Part shown: positions 1-12,189 of the stretch, one piece after another
Layout of the letters: each line of letters starts with the position of its first letter
Position numbering within the stretch: the first letter of the stretch is position 1
Source of the DNA: Felis catus
Lineage: Eukaryota
Assembly: GCF_018350175.1 (NCBI RefSeq)
Contig: NC_058368.1
Coordinates: forward strand, 125,676,001 to 125,740,000
DNA: 64,000 bases
Reading direction: 5' to 3'
Notes under the pieces: generated by a model
Databases searched by the model: none
Told to the model about the DNA's origin: nothing
What the model saw: only the letters and a program-made list of their open reading frames with translations
Program-made: the position numbers and the translations under genes

Positions 1-398
1 GGATCTGGACTTCCAGCCAGATTGCTTTCCAAGTCCTACCCTTGGTGCTCAGCCACAGGCATACCTTAAAGAGCAGTCACTCTCCTTGAAGTCCTTTGGC
101 TAAATAAATCTAAACCTGGACTGTTCTCTGCCTTGGCAAATTGGGATGATTCTCTCTGACCTGCACTTTCTGGACAGGTAGAAAGGGAAGGCATTGATAC
201 TTCTGCCACTGCTGGGCTACCGAAAGTAAACTTTACTGGCAATTCCAGTGGCTTTAAACTGTTTGGAGGAGGGTATTCTACCAAATTTATTTGGGAAATG
301 AATTCTTCTCATAGTCCAGAAAGTCAAATAAGTGCATTTTCTTCATCACATTCCTTCAGAATGCTTCAAAATAACCTTAGGGGGCATCTTTTCTCCAG

Positions 399-485
399 CC
401 TCCAGTGCAACATGCACATTGACTCTGATCTTAGGTGCATTTGTGAATGATGAAGCACAGCTGAAGACCGTGGCTCTACACACAG
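399..485 (+). other. Weak candidate internal exon (87 nt; alternative acceptor gives 435-485)
   Basis: tcttttctccag acceptor, CAG|GTGAGC donor, one open frame (SSATCTLTLILGAFVNDEAQLKTVALHT); peptide not recognised. Confidence 0.22.
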
Positions 486-1306
486 GTGAGCTGCAGCACA
501 GCCTGATTGGGCACACCCTCGAGGTTCACCTTCTGGGTTGGGATTGGCCACATTTCTTGTTTATGTTGTTCCCTTATATCGTTTTCATCAAATTAAATTT
601 GTTTTGTGTTCTTTCTGGCTTAAAAAATTATAAACTTGGCTTGCGTTCAAGGAAGATAAGCAAGCCAGGATGATTCAAGTTTGGGGCCTGTAATTTTGTC
701 TTCTGCACACATTGGGCTGCAATCTCACGGTTGAGTCTTCCATATGTGGGGCTGTATAAATAGCAGGGCTTTGTGATATGGAAGCACAGCAGCCTTAAAA
801 TAGCTGAACTAGAAGATGTTATGATAATGCTATTTTTAAGCTTTATACATCTGTGCAGAGTGCACATCTTATTATGTGTTCATAATGTGTTAACCAAATG
901 CCTAGCAGAGAAGGATTGGCTTTGTTTGGAGGAGAACGAGGGTAATGACGAAGCCTCAGTCTGTTGGTGTGCAGAGAAGCAGGAATTAGACAAGAAGTCA
1001 CAGAGCTGGAGAGGCAAGATAACATCCTTAAAACAGTTCTATCTGATAGCTGGCTAGACACACCATAAAAAAGGAGAGAAAATGAATCTTAAATGCTTAC
1101 GTGCCAGATGGCTAAAATCTAAATAACAGTTTTCTATTGTCCAAGGCTATTCACTTGTCAGACTTAGAAATTTCTCTCTTAAAAACTTCCTATCTAGTTA
1201 AATTTTACTTGAATTGATTTTTTGGGGGGTGGGGAGAATGGCATCTAGTAACTTGCCAGCTATGAGATAGAGTAAGTGTGTTTGGATTGAATACAGAAGC
1301 CAAAAT

Positions 1307-1317
1307 CAACAACAACA

Positions 1318-1348
<31 letters not shown>

Positions 1349-1404
1349 CTTCTTCTTCTTCTTCTTCTTCTTCTTCTTCTTCTCCTCCTCCTCCTCCTCC
1401 TCCT
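1307..1404. repeat. Compound microsatellite (CAA)4(CTT)~21(CTC)~7
   Basis: Read directly. Confidence 0.97.
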
Positions 1405-2802
1405 TTTTCTTTTTTTAAATAATAGATTATTGGTTGAAGTAGAAGAACAGGGATATTTATGTTAATATGACTTTTTCTTGCCCCTTAATCCTTTAAAATC
1501 TTGAAGGTAAACTATACACAATGTTTGTATGCTGTTTGCTGATAGATTATCATGCTGAACTCTGTAGAGTAAGGTACACATTTCTCACTGTATTATTTTC
1601 ATAAGCAATTCATTCAATTTTATTTGTGAAGGATCCCATACCATCATCTTTAGTACAAGAGTGAAGTTTTATATCTTCTTTCCATATATACCACTTACCA
1701 CAACCTTTCCAAGATCCAAGGGGAACATTTCTAATTGAGATTTGAGTTTATAACTTAATCTAAACATAGAAAGGAAACTGCGTATCATAAAGCCAGATAC
1801 CCCCTCTGTATGGCAAATAAGGCTTAATTCTCTGGAGTCACAAGGTCATGGGAAAGTGATTTTGGTCCCCGATGACCCCTGAACCTCAAACTGAAAGGTA
1901 CACATTCTCTACTCTGCCATGGCTTCCTTGCATTGTATTGGGCCATGTCAACAGGAGCAAGTGCTCAGATCTCAGTAAAACACATAGACTCCACGGCCTA
2001 GACAACTCCTTAATCCAATGGATGAAAAGTTAAGTTTAGATGAAAAAAACATGAGACTCATTGTATCTTAGAGGTGTGATAAGAACAGAGGAAGGAGCCA
2101 TTAAGACAGCTGTGAATAATATTTTTTAACAGGAAGTCAAATCAGATCTTGATATTTTCATATGGAAATATTTTTAAAGATTAAGCTGTACATAGGAAAT
2201 ACATCACTTTGTGAAAGAGAAACTCTGAAAGGAAAGGAACTCAGTACTAGAAACTGTGGCTTTAAATTTTGGCATTATGGCTTTTGTTTTTCATAGTTTT
2301 TATTAGAGAAAATTCCTTTTGAGTTTCATAATCGTACCTTTGGGGACACATATTTTTATTTATTCTACTTATTAGCCACAATCAGAGGCTCAATTCTAAG
2401 GCAGTCTTCATTTGTATGCTAAATTAAACCCAAATTATTCTATTAACTTATGAGAAGTTACATAAAACATGAAATTTTTTCAGGATTCTTACTATGTTTA
2501 AGCATTTCTAGTGTGTGTTATGTTTTAAATTACATGTATTCTTTTATTTTTTTGTTTTTTTGTTTTCTTTTCTTTTTTTTAAATATATGAAATTTATTGT
2601 CAAATTGGTTTCCATACAACACCCAGTGCTCATCCCAAAAGGTGCCCTCCTCAATACCCATCACCCAACCTCCCCTCCTTCCCACCCCCCATCAACCCTC
2701 AGTTTGTTCTCAGTTTTTAAGAGTCTCTTATGCTTTGGCTCTCTTCCACTCTAACCTCTTTTTTTTTTCCTTCCCCTCCCCCATGGGTTTCTGTTAAGTT
2801 TC

Positions 2803-5800
2803 TCAGGATCCACGTAAGAGTGAAAATATATGGTATCTGTCTTTCTCTGTATGGCTTATGTCACTTAGCATCACACTCTCCAGTTCCATCCACATTGCTA
2901 CAAAGGGCCATATTTCATTTTTTCTCATTGCCATGTAGTACTCCATTGTATATATAAACCACAATTTCTTTATCCATTCATCAGTTGATGGACATTTAGG
3001 CTCTTTCCAATATTTGGCTATTGTTGAGAGTACTGCTATAATCACTGGGGTACAAGTGCCCCTATGCATCAGTACTCCTGTATCCCTTGGGGAAATTCCT
3101 AGCAGTGCTATTTCTGGGTTATAGAGTAGGTCTATTTTTAACTTTTTGAGGAACCTCCACACTGTTTTCCAGAGTGGCTGCACCAATTTGCATTCCCACC
3201 AACAGCGCAAGAGGGTTCCCGTTTCTCCACATTCTCTCCAGCATCTATAGTCTCCCGATTTGTTCATTTTGGCCACTCTGACTGGCGTGAGGTGATATCT
3301 GAGTGTGGCTTTGATTTGTATTTCCCTGATGAGGAGCGACGTTGAGCATCTTTTCATGTGCCCTTTGGCCATCTGGATGTCTTCTTTAGAAGTCTCTATC
3401 CATGTTTTCTGCCCATTTCTTCACTGGGTTATTTGTTTTTCGGGTGTGGAGTTTGGTGAGCTTTTTATAGATTTTGGATAATAGCCCTTTGTCTGATATG
3501 TCATTTGCAAATATCTTTTCCCATTCCGTTGGTTGCCTTTTAGTTTTGTTAGTTGTTTCCTTTGCTGTGCAGAAGCTTTTTATCTTTATAAGGTCCCAGT
3601 AGTTCATTTTTGCTTTTAATTCCCTTGCCTTTGGGGATGTGTCAAGTAAGACATTGCTATGGCTGAGGTCACAGAGGTCTTTTCCTGCTTTCTCTTCTAG
3701 GGTTTTGATGGTTTCCTGTCTCACATTCAGGTCCTTTATGCATTTTGAGTTTACTTTTGTGAATGGTGTGAGAAAGTGGTCTAGTTTCAATCTTCTGCAT
3801 GTTGCTGTCCAGTTCTCCCAGTACCATTTGCTAAAGAGACTGTCTTTTTTCCATTGGATGTTCTTTCCTGCTTTGTCAAAGATTAGTTGGCCATACTCTT
3901 GTGGGTCTAGTTCTGGGGTTTCTATTCTATTCCATTGGTCTATGTGTCTGTTTTTGTGCCAATACCATGCTGTCTTGATGATTATAGCTTTGTAGTAGAG
4001 GCTAAAGTCTGGGATTGTGATGCCTCCTGCTTTGGTCTTCTTCTTCAAAATGACTTTGGCTATTTGGGGCCTTTTGTGGTTCCATATGAATTTTAGGATT
4101 GCTTGTTCTAGTTTTGAGAAGAATGCTGGTGCAATTTTGATTGGGATTGCATTGAATGTATAGATAGCTTTGGGTAGTATTGACATTTTGACAATATGTA
4201 TTCTTCCAATCCATGAGCATAGAATGTTTTTCCATTTCTTTATATCTTTTTCAATTTCCTTCATAAGCTTTCTATAGTTTTCAGCATACAGATCTTTTAC
4301 ATCTTTGGTTAGATTTATCCCTAGGTATTTTATGCTTCTTGGTGCAATTGTGAATGGGATCAGTTTCTTTATTTGTCTTTCTGTTGCTTCATTGTTAGTG
4401 TATAAGAATGCAATTGATTTCTGTACATTGATTTTGTATCCTGCAACTTTGCTGAATTCATGTATCAGTTCTAGCAGACTTTTGGTGGAGTCTATCGGAT
4501 TTTCCATGTATAATATCATGTCATCTGCAAAAAGTGAAAGCTTGACTTCCTCTTTGCCAATTTTGATGCCTTTGATTTCCTTTTGTTGTCTGATTGCTGA
4601 TGCTAGCACTTCCAACACTATGTTAAACAACAGCGGTGAGAGTAGGCATCCCTGTCGTGTTCCTGATCTCAGGAAAAAAGCTCTCAGTTTTTCCCCATTT
4701 TCCCCATGTTAGCTGTGGGCTTTTCATAAATGGATTTTATGATCTTTAAGTATGTTCCTTCTATCCTGACTTTCTCGAGGGTTTTTATTAAGAAAGGTTG
4801 CTGAATTTTGTCAAAGGCCTTTTCTGCATCGATTGACAGGATCTTATGGTTCTTATCTTTTCTCTTATTAATGTGATGTATCACATTGATTGATTTGCGA
4901 ATGTTGAACCAGCCCTGCATCCCATGTATGAATCCCACTTGATCATGGTGAATAATTCTTTTTATATGCTGTTGAATTCGATTTGCTAGTATCTTACTGA
5001 GAATTTTTGCATCCATATTCATCAGGGATATTGGCCTGTAGTTCTCTTTTTTTACTGGGTCTCTGTCTGGTTTAGGAATCAAAGTCATACTGGCTTCATA
5101 GAATGAGTCTGGAAGTTTTCCTTCCTTTTCTATATTTTGGAATAGCTTGAGAAGGATAGGTGTTATCTCTGCTTTAAACGTCTGGTGGAACTCCTCTGGG
5201 AAGCCATCTGGTCCTGGACTCTTATTTGTTAGGAGATTTTTGATGACTGATTCAATTTCCTCGCTGGCTATGGGTCTGTTCAAGCTTTCTATTTCCTCAT
5301 GATTGAGTTTGGAAGTGTGTGAGTGTTTAGGAATTTGTCCATTTTATCCAGGTTGTCCAGTTTGTTGGCATATGAATTTTCATAGCATTCCCTGATAATT
5401 GCTTATATCTCTGAAGGATTGGTTGTAATAATTCCATTTTCATTCATTATTTTATCTATTTGGGTCCTCTCTCTTTTCTTTTTGAGAAGCCTGGCTAGAG
5501 GTTTATCAATTTTGTTTATTTTTTCAAAAAACCAACTCTTGGTTTCGTTGATCTGCTCTACAGATTTTTTAGATTCTATATTGTTTATTTCTGCTCTGAT
5601 CTTTAGTATTTCTCTTCTTCTGCTGTATTTAGGCTGTCATTGCTGTTCTGCTTCTATTTCCTTTAGGTGTGCTGTTAGATTTTTATTTGGGATTTTGTTT
5701 CTTGAGATAGGCCTGGATTGCAATGTATTTTCCTCTCAGGACTGCCTTCGCTGCATCCCAAAGCGTTTGCATTGTTCTATTTTCATTTTCGTTTATTTCC

Positions 5801-6618
5801 ATATATTTTTTAATTTCTTCTCTAATTGCCTGGTTGACCCACTCATTCTTTAGTAGGGTGTTCTTTAACCTCCATGTTTTTGGAGGTTTTCCAGACTTTT
5901 TCCTGTGGTTGATTTCAAGCTTCATAGCATTGTGGCCTGAAACTATGTATGGTATGATTTCAATTCTTGTATACTTATGAAGGGCTCTTTTGTGACCCAG
6001 TATGTGATCTATCTTGGAGAATGTTCCATGTGCACTCGAGAAGAAAGTATATTCTGTTGCTTTGGGATGTAGAGTTCTAAATATATCTGTCAAGTCCATC
6101 TGATCCAATGTATCATTCAGGGCCCTTGTTTCTTAATTCACCGTGTGTCTCGATGATCTATCCATTTCTGTAAGTGGAGTGTTAAAGTCCCCTGCAATTA
6201 CCACATTCTTATCAATAAGGTTGCTTATGTTTATGAGTAATTGTTTTATATATTTGGGGGCTCCTGTATTCAGCACATAGACATTTATAACTGTTACCAC
6301 TTCCTGATGGATAGACCCTATGATTATTACATAATGCCCTTCTTCATCTCTTGTTACAGCCTTTAATTTAACGTCTAGTTTGTCTGATATAAGTATGGCT
6401 ACTACAGCTTTCTTTTGACTTCCAGTGGCATGATAAATAATTCTCCATCCCCTCACTCTTAATCTGAAGGTGTCCTCAGGTCTAAAATGAGTCTCTTTTA
6501 GACAGCAAATAGATGGGTCTTTTTTTTTAATCCATTTTGATACCGTATGTCTTTTGGTTGGTGCATTTAGTCCATTTACATTCAGTGTTATTACAGAAAG
6601 ATGTGGGTTTAGAGTCAT
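2803..6618 (-). pseudogene. L1 ORF2 (endonuclease, reverse transcriptase, C-terminal Cys-rich region), broken into at least 5 frames
   Basis: MTLNPHLSVITLNVNGLN start, [24 protein letters not shown] and [18 protein letters not shown] motifs in ORF-track pieces 6133-6672, 5683-6108, 4684-5283, 3386-4630, 2803-3372. Confidence 0.95.
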
Positions 6619-6668
6619 TGTGATGTCTGTGGGTTTCATGCTTGTAGTGATGTCTCTGGTACTTTGTC

Positions 6669-7557
6669 TCACAGGATCCCCCTTAGGATCTCTTGTAGGG
6701 CTGCTTTAGTGGTGACGAATTCCTTCAGTTTTTGTTTGCTTGGGAAGACCTTTATCTCTCCTATTCTAAATGACAGACTTGCTGGATAAAGGATTCTCGG
6801 CTGCATGTGTTTTCTGTTCATCACATTGAAGATCTCCTGCCATTTCTTTCTGGCCTGCCAAGTTTCAGTAGAGAGATTGGTCACGAGTCTTATAGGTTTC
6901 CCTTTATATGTTAGAGCACGTTTATTTCTAGCTGCTTTCAGAATTTTCTCTTTATCCTTGTATTTTGCCAGTTTCACTATGATATGTCGTGCAGAAGATT
7001 GATTCAAGTTACGTCTGAAGGGAGTTCTCTGTGCCTCTTGGATTTCAATGCCTTTTTCCTTCCCCAGATCAGGGAAGTTCTCTGCTATTATTTCTTCAAG
7101 CACACCTTCAGCACTTTCCCTCTCTCTTCCTCCCCTGGAATACCAATTATGCATAGATTATTTCTCTTTAGTGCATCACTTAGTTCTCTAATTTTCCCCT
7201 TATACTCCTGGATTTTTTTATCTCTCTTTTTCTCAGCTTCTTCTTTTTCCATAATTTTATCTTCTAGTTCACCTATTCTCTCGTCTGCCTCTTCAATCCG
7301 AGCCGTGGTCATCTCTATTTTATATTGCGGCTCATTAATTGCATTTTTAGCTCCTCCTGGCTGTTCCTTAGTCCCTTGATCTCTGTAGCAATAGATTCTC
7401 TGCTGTCCTTTATCCTGTTTTCAAGCCCAGTGATTAATTTTATGACTGTTATTCTAAATTCACTTTCTGTTTTATTGTTTAAATCCTTTTTGATCAGTTC
7501 ATTAGCTGTTGTTATTTCCTGGACGTTTTTTTGAGGGGAATTCTTTAGTTTCATCAT
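6669..7557 (-). pseudogene. L1 ORF1 (RNA-binding, coiled-coil), frameshifted
   Basis: Pieces 7315-7557, 7088-7312 (RIEEADERIGELEDK), 6669-7154 (EEIIAENFP, RHIIVKL, QPRILYPA). Confidence 0.92.
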
Positions 7558-8427
7558 TTTGGATAGTCTCTTGAGTAGTGCAGAACTGAGGGGCTCTTCC
7601 CCTGTGCTGTCTTGAATAACTTGCGTTGGTGGGTGGGGCCGCAGTCAGACCTGATGTCTGCCCCCAGCCCACCACTGGGGCACACTCAGACTGGTGTGTG
7701 CCTTCTCTTCCCCTCTCATAGGGGTGAGATTCACTGTGGGGTGGCATGGCCCGTCTGGGCTACTTGCACACTGCCAGGCTTGTGGTGCTGGGTATCTGGC
7801 TTATTAGCTGGGGTGCATCAGCAAGGTGCACAGGGCCGGGAAGGGCCGGCTCAGCTCACTTTTCCTTCGGAGATCCGCTTCGGGAGGGGCCCTGCGGCAC
7901 CGGGAGGGAGTCAGACCTGCCGGAACGATGGATCTGCAGAAGCACAGTGTTGGGTGTTTGCGCGGTGCAAGCAAGTTCCCTGGCAGGAACTGGTTCCCTT
8001 TGGGATTTTGGCTGGGGGATGGGCAAGGGAGATGGTGCTGGTGAGCACCTTTGTTTCCCCCCAAGCTGAGCTCTGTCCTCCGGGGCTCAACAACTCTCCC
8101 TCCTGTTGTCCTCCAGCCCTCCTGTTCTCTGAGCAGAGCTGTTACCTTATAACCTTTCAGATGTCAAGTCCCACTTGCTGTTGGGACACACTCCGTCTGG
8201 CCCCTCCGCTTTTGCAAGCCATACTCAGGGGCTCTGCTTTGCGGCGGGCCGTCACTCTGCCCCGGCTCCCTCCTGCCAGTTGTCTGCGCTTGGCTCCGGA
8301 GACTCCATTATGCTAGTCTTCTGGCGGTTTTCTGGGTTATTTAGGCAGGTGTAGGTAGAATCTAAGTGATCAGCAGGACACACGGTGAGCCCAGCGTCCT
8401 CCTATGCCGCCATCTTCTCCAGGTCTC
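7558..8427 (-). promoter_or_regulatory. L1 5'UTR internal promoter with YY1-type motif
   Basis: GC/CpG-rich; gccgccatctt at 8406-8416 reads AAGATGGCGGC on minus, close to the element 5' end. Confidence 0.75.
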
Positions 8428-8438
8428 TACATGTGTTC

Positions 8439-8995
8439 TTTTAGATGGCTGAGTAATATTCTACTTTGGTAGAATATGAATATATATGTATATCTTTATC
8501 TTCTTAATCCATTCATCAGGTGGTGGACATTTGGACTCTCTCCATAGTTTGGCTATTACTGATAATGCTGCTATAAACATTGGGGTGCATGTACCCCTTC
8601 GATTCTCTATTTTTGTATCCTTTGAGTAAATACCTAATAGTGCAGTTACTGGATTGTAGGGTTCGAATGTATTATGCTAAGTGAAATAAGTCAATCAGAA
8701 AAAGACAAATACCATATGATTTCACTCATACATGGAATTTAAGAAGCAAAACAGATGAACCTATGGGAGAGGGGGAAAAGAAGAGAGGGAAACAAACTAC
8801 AATGATAGAGAATAAGCTGAAGGTTGAAGGAGGGAGGAAGGTGTGGAGTGTGCTAGATGGGTGATGGTTATTAATGAGGGCACTCATGATGAGCACTGGG
8901 TGTTGTATGTAAGTGACGTATCACTGAATCCTACCCCTGAAATCAATATTGCACTGTATGTTAACTAACTAAAATTTAAATAATTTAAAAAAAAC
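8439..8995 (+). mobile_element. Older carnivore L1 3' end with 5' inversion (twin-priming structure)
   Basis: 8439-8662 is L1 ORF2-end sequence on minus; ~8663-8995 is L1 3' end on plus with A tail; TSD aaattacatgtattc at 2527-2541 and 8996-9010. Confidence 0.88.
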
Positions 8996-9013
8996 AAATT
9001 ACATGTATTCATC

Positions 9014-9238
9014 TTTTTTAATTTATTTTTTAACATTTATTTGTTTTTGGAGACAGAGAGAGACAAGAGCATGAGTGGGGGAGGGCCAGGGAGAAAGAGG
9101 GAAACACAGAATCCAAAACAGGCTCCAGGCTTTGAGCTGTCAGCATAGACCCCTACATGGGGCTTGAACCCACAAACCTTGAGATCATGACCTGAGCTGA
9201 AGTCGGATGCTTAACTGACTGAGCTATCCAGGCACCCT
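9014..9238 (-). mobile_element. Can-SINE
   Basis: tRNA-like head (ends ccaggcaccct), GA linker, T-rich tail. Confidence 0.93.
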
Positions 9239-10615
9239 TCTGTTTTTTTTTTAACTAAAACATTTGGCTAATGTTATGTTCACTTTTCACCTGAAGAAAT
9301 TGAGGTCTATCCCACATAATAGAGAATACAAGCTGAAATTACAACTTTGGAATTCATACTTTCTATTATATCAAATCATTGTTTTAACATTCTGTTCCTT
9401 TTGCAGTGCTTTAATATTCATATTTAATAAGTTCTTAGTGGTTTCTTTGTCAGTTTCCTAAGTAAAAGGCACTGAGTAAGCTAAAGGGAGACTGAAAATT
9501 GAAGAAAAATATCAGAATTGGCTTTTCATGGAGCCAAGGCAAATAAGTATATAAGGCACATGCATAGAAAGGCAAATGTTACCCTTTACATTCCTGTGAA
9601 TGACACTTCATTATGGAAAGCAAATACTCCAGATGAAGAGGCTACTTAAATAGTGATAGGATAGTGCTTTCACTTCCCACTTACCCTCAAAATCACAATA
9701 ATCCAGTGGTAAAAGCCAGCAAATGTGTCATACCTGGATTCTATTCCCATCTTCTTTTTTTTTTTATATTATATGAAAATTAGCATAAAGGTAATATCCT
9801 ACACAGAAGTTGTTTCATAAGTTATAAGGGCAGTTATTTTATGAGTTTGAAAGTGACCAATTCAATGAACAGATGCACTTGATGTCTGCCTATATGACAA
9901 AAGACAACAAAACTTTCTTCCCTTTCATTGCTGATCTCTAAATATCTGCTCTGTGGACACATGATCCATCCTGGACAATCACAGAATTCAGCACACTGGT
10001 CCAGTGGTTGGTTCAGGAGCAGGCATGTATGCAAGCACAGCTGTTAAAAGTCTTCCTCATGTACAGACAATGGAAGAGATCTTCTTCCATATGGTCTTTC
10101 ATGAGCCCAGAGCCAGATTTGTGCTATCAGTAGTTATCTTTCTTGGGATGTGGGGGAAATCTGTCTGGAAATGAACCCCAGACTCAGAGATTAATGGAAT
10201 CACAAGACTGGGAGAAGGTTTTGATGGCATTATTAGAGCCTCCACTTCTAGATGACCCTTTGGATTTCCTAGTGACACAAACCAGTATTTTTCCAAAAGC
10301 CAGTTTGAGTTCGATTTCTTTTGCTTGCTGTTAAAAAGCTACTTTACTAAAAAAGCTTAAGAAAACTCAATCCCTGATGCTCTGTAACTTCCCCTTTCAA
10401 GACTTTTTTTTCTGGTATCTCTCATATGCTTCTCAATATGGGTATTGATGTAATATTGCAATTTGAGATTGACAGTAAAAAATATGATAAAATTAAAGAA
10501 TTACAGAAATTATAGTTCTGATATATCAAAGCCAGAAATTGGTTGCCCAAGGGATAATGCTTTAGGATTTTAGGGAGGGGTAGATAACTAGGAGGAGGTA
10601 TAATTCAGGGAAGGA

Positions 10616-10962
10616 TTTTTTTAAATTTTTTTTATAATTTATTGTCAAGTTAATTAACATACAGTATATACAGTGTAGTTGTGACTTCAGGAGTAGATTC
10701 CCATAATTTATCACTTACATATAACACCCAGTGCTCATCCCAACAAGTGCCCTCCTCAATGCCCATCACTCATTTCCTCTGCCCCCTCCAACCCACTCCC
10801 CATCAACCCTCAATTTGTCCTCTGTATTTAAGAGTCCCTTATGATTTGCTTCCCACTCTGTTTGTAACTTCTTTTTCCTTCCCTTTTCCCATGGTCTTCT
10901 GTTAAATTTCTCAAATTCCACATATGAGTGAAAACAAATGATATCTGTCTTTCTCTGACTGA
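10616..10962 (-). mobile_element. 5'-truncated carnivore L1 3' end
   Basis: T-rich tail, acccagtgctcatccc 3'UTR motif shared with the other L1 3' ends, ends at ...tctctgactga. Confidence 0.88.
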
Positions 10963-10964
10963 GG

Positions 10965-11720
10965 AAGTAAACTTGGACCTTCAGGAATGGGCAAAGGTTG
11001 AACAATAGATGGTAAGGAAAAGGAATGGTATTGAAGGTAAAGAAAATCAAAGGGACCAGGCACAGAGATGGGAATAATTGTAAGGGAAAATGTCCCAGGT
11101 GGAAAGGTAAGGTCATATTGGAGCTGGCAGAAAGTTGGATTAAAACAGAGAGATTTGAAAACCAGGCAGAAGACTAGATGTGATAGGGTGGGAAATAGGA
11201 GACCTTAAAAATTTTGGCCAGGGATGTGACCTGATAAAAGGGATGTTCACAAATATTAGTACTGTTGTGCTATGCACATAGAATGGAAAGTAGAGAGAAC
11301 GACATCAGGATGGGCTATTTAGGAGGATTATTTTCAGCTTTTTCAGTAATGTGACATGAGAGGCAATTAAATCCTGAATGTAGTTTATGGCAGTGAGAAT
11401 GAGGAGGGAAGATGAGAAAGGTATAAAGACATTTTAAATGAAAAATATCCATAGGATCTGATTGGGAAGATGGAGAAACAAGTAGGGGGATGGTTAACTT
11501 TACGTTTTGGGTTCTTGTGTCAGGACACATTCTTGCACACATGGAGTTTGAATTATTGAGAGGTCCACATTGGAAGGATGTACTATTGAAGGTATAAGAT
11601 TGGAATTTGGATTTCAGAATATAATGGACAGGACTGGACACAATGATTGGGATTAAGTCACTGAGAAATGATAAAGTCAAGAGAATGTATATTGAGCATT
11701 AAAGAGGTTGAGAAAGAGAG
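10965..11720 (-). mobile_element. Decayed L2 fragment
   Basis: Purine-rich L2-like wording on plus (gggaaataggagacc, ggatgtgacctgat); boundaries approximate. Confidence 0.5.

Positions 11721-11721
<1 letters not shown>

Positions 11722-11762
<41 letters not shown>
11722..11762. repeat. (TG)~20 microsatellite
   Basis: Read directly. Confidence 0.97.
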
Positions 11763-11766
<4 letters not shown>

Positions 11767-11829
11767 GAAAAAAAAGTAAATTGTAATTACCATTATTTCC
11801 AATTCAAATATAATAGTTGAGGGTTTTTA

Positions 11830-11894
11830 CTTTTTATTATTTTTTAAATGTTTTATCTTATTTTTGAGAGACAGAGGGAAAGTGGAGGAGGGGC

Positions 11895-11939
<45 letters not shown>

Positions 11940-12072
11940 CAGAATCTGAGGCAGGCTCCAGGGTCTGAGCTGTCAGCACAGATTCTGATGTGGGGCTCCA
12001 ATTAACAGACTTTAAGATCATGACCTGAGCCAAAGTTGGATGCCTAACCGACTGAGCCACCCTGGGACCTCA
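11830..12072 (-). mobile_element. Can-SINE
   Basis: TSD agggttttta at 11820-11829 and 12073-12082; expanded (GA)n. Confidence 0.94.
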
Positions 12073-12189
12073 AGGGTTTTTATTTACATCTTTGGTTGTA
12101 TACTTTCTCTTATGCTGAAAATCTTGATTATAAGTGGCATTAACATAGTTACTCTTAAATTTTGGTTGAAATTTACAAATTACATAGTG

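Larger units (their letters stand above)
2546..8427 (-). mobile_element. Full-length felid LINE-1 (L1_Fc-like), inactivated by frameshifts
   Basis: T-rich tail 2546-2580, 3'UTR, ORF2 and ORF1 fragments in order, GC/CpG-rich 5'UTR ending ~8427; 15-bp TSD tacatgt(a/g)ttctttt at 2531-2545 and 8428-8442. Confidence 0.96.

Noticed and set aside
2546..8427. Retrotransposition-competent L1
   Set aside because: ORF1 is split over three frames and ORF2 over at least five.
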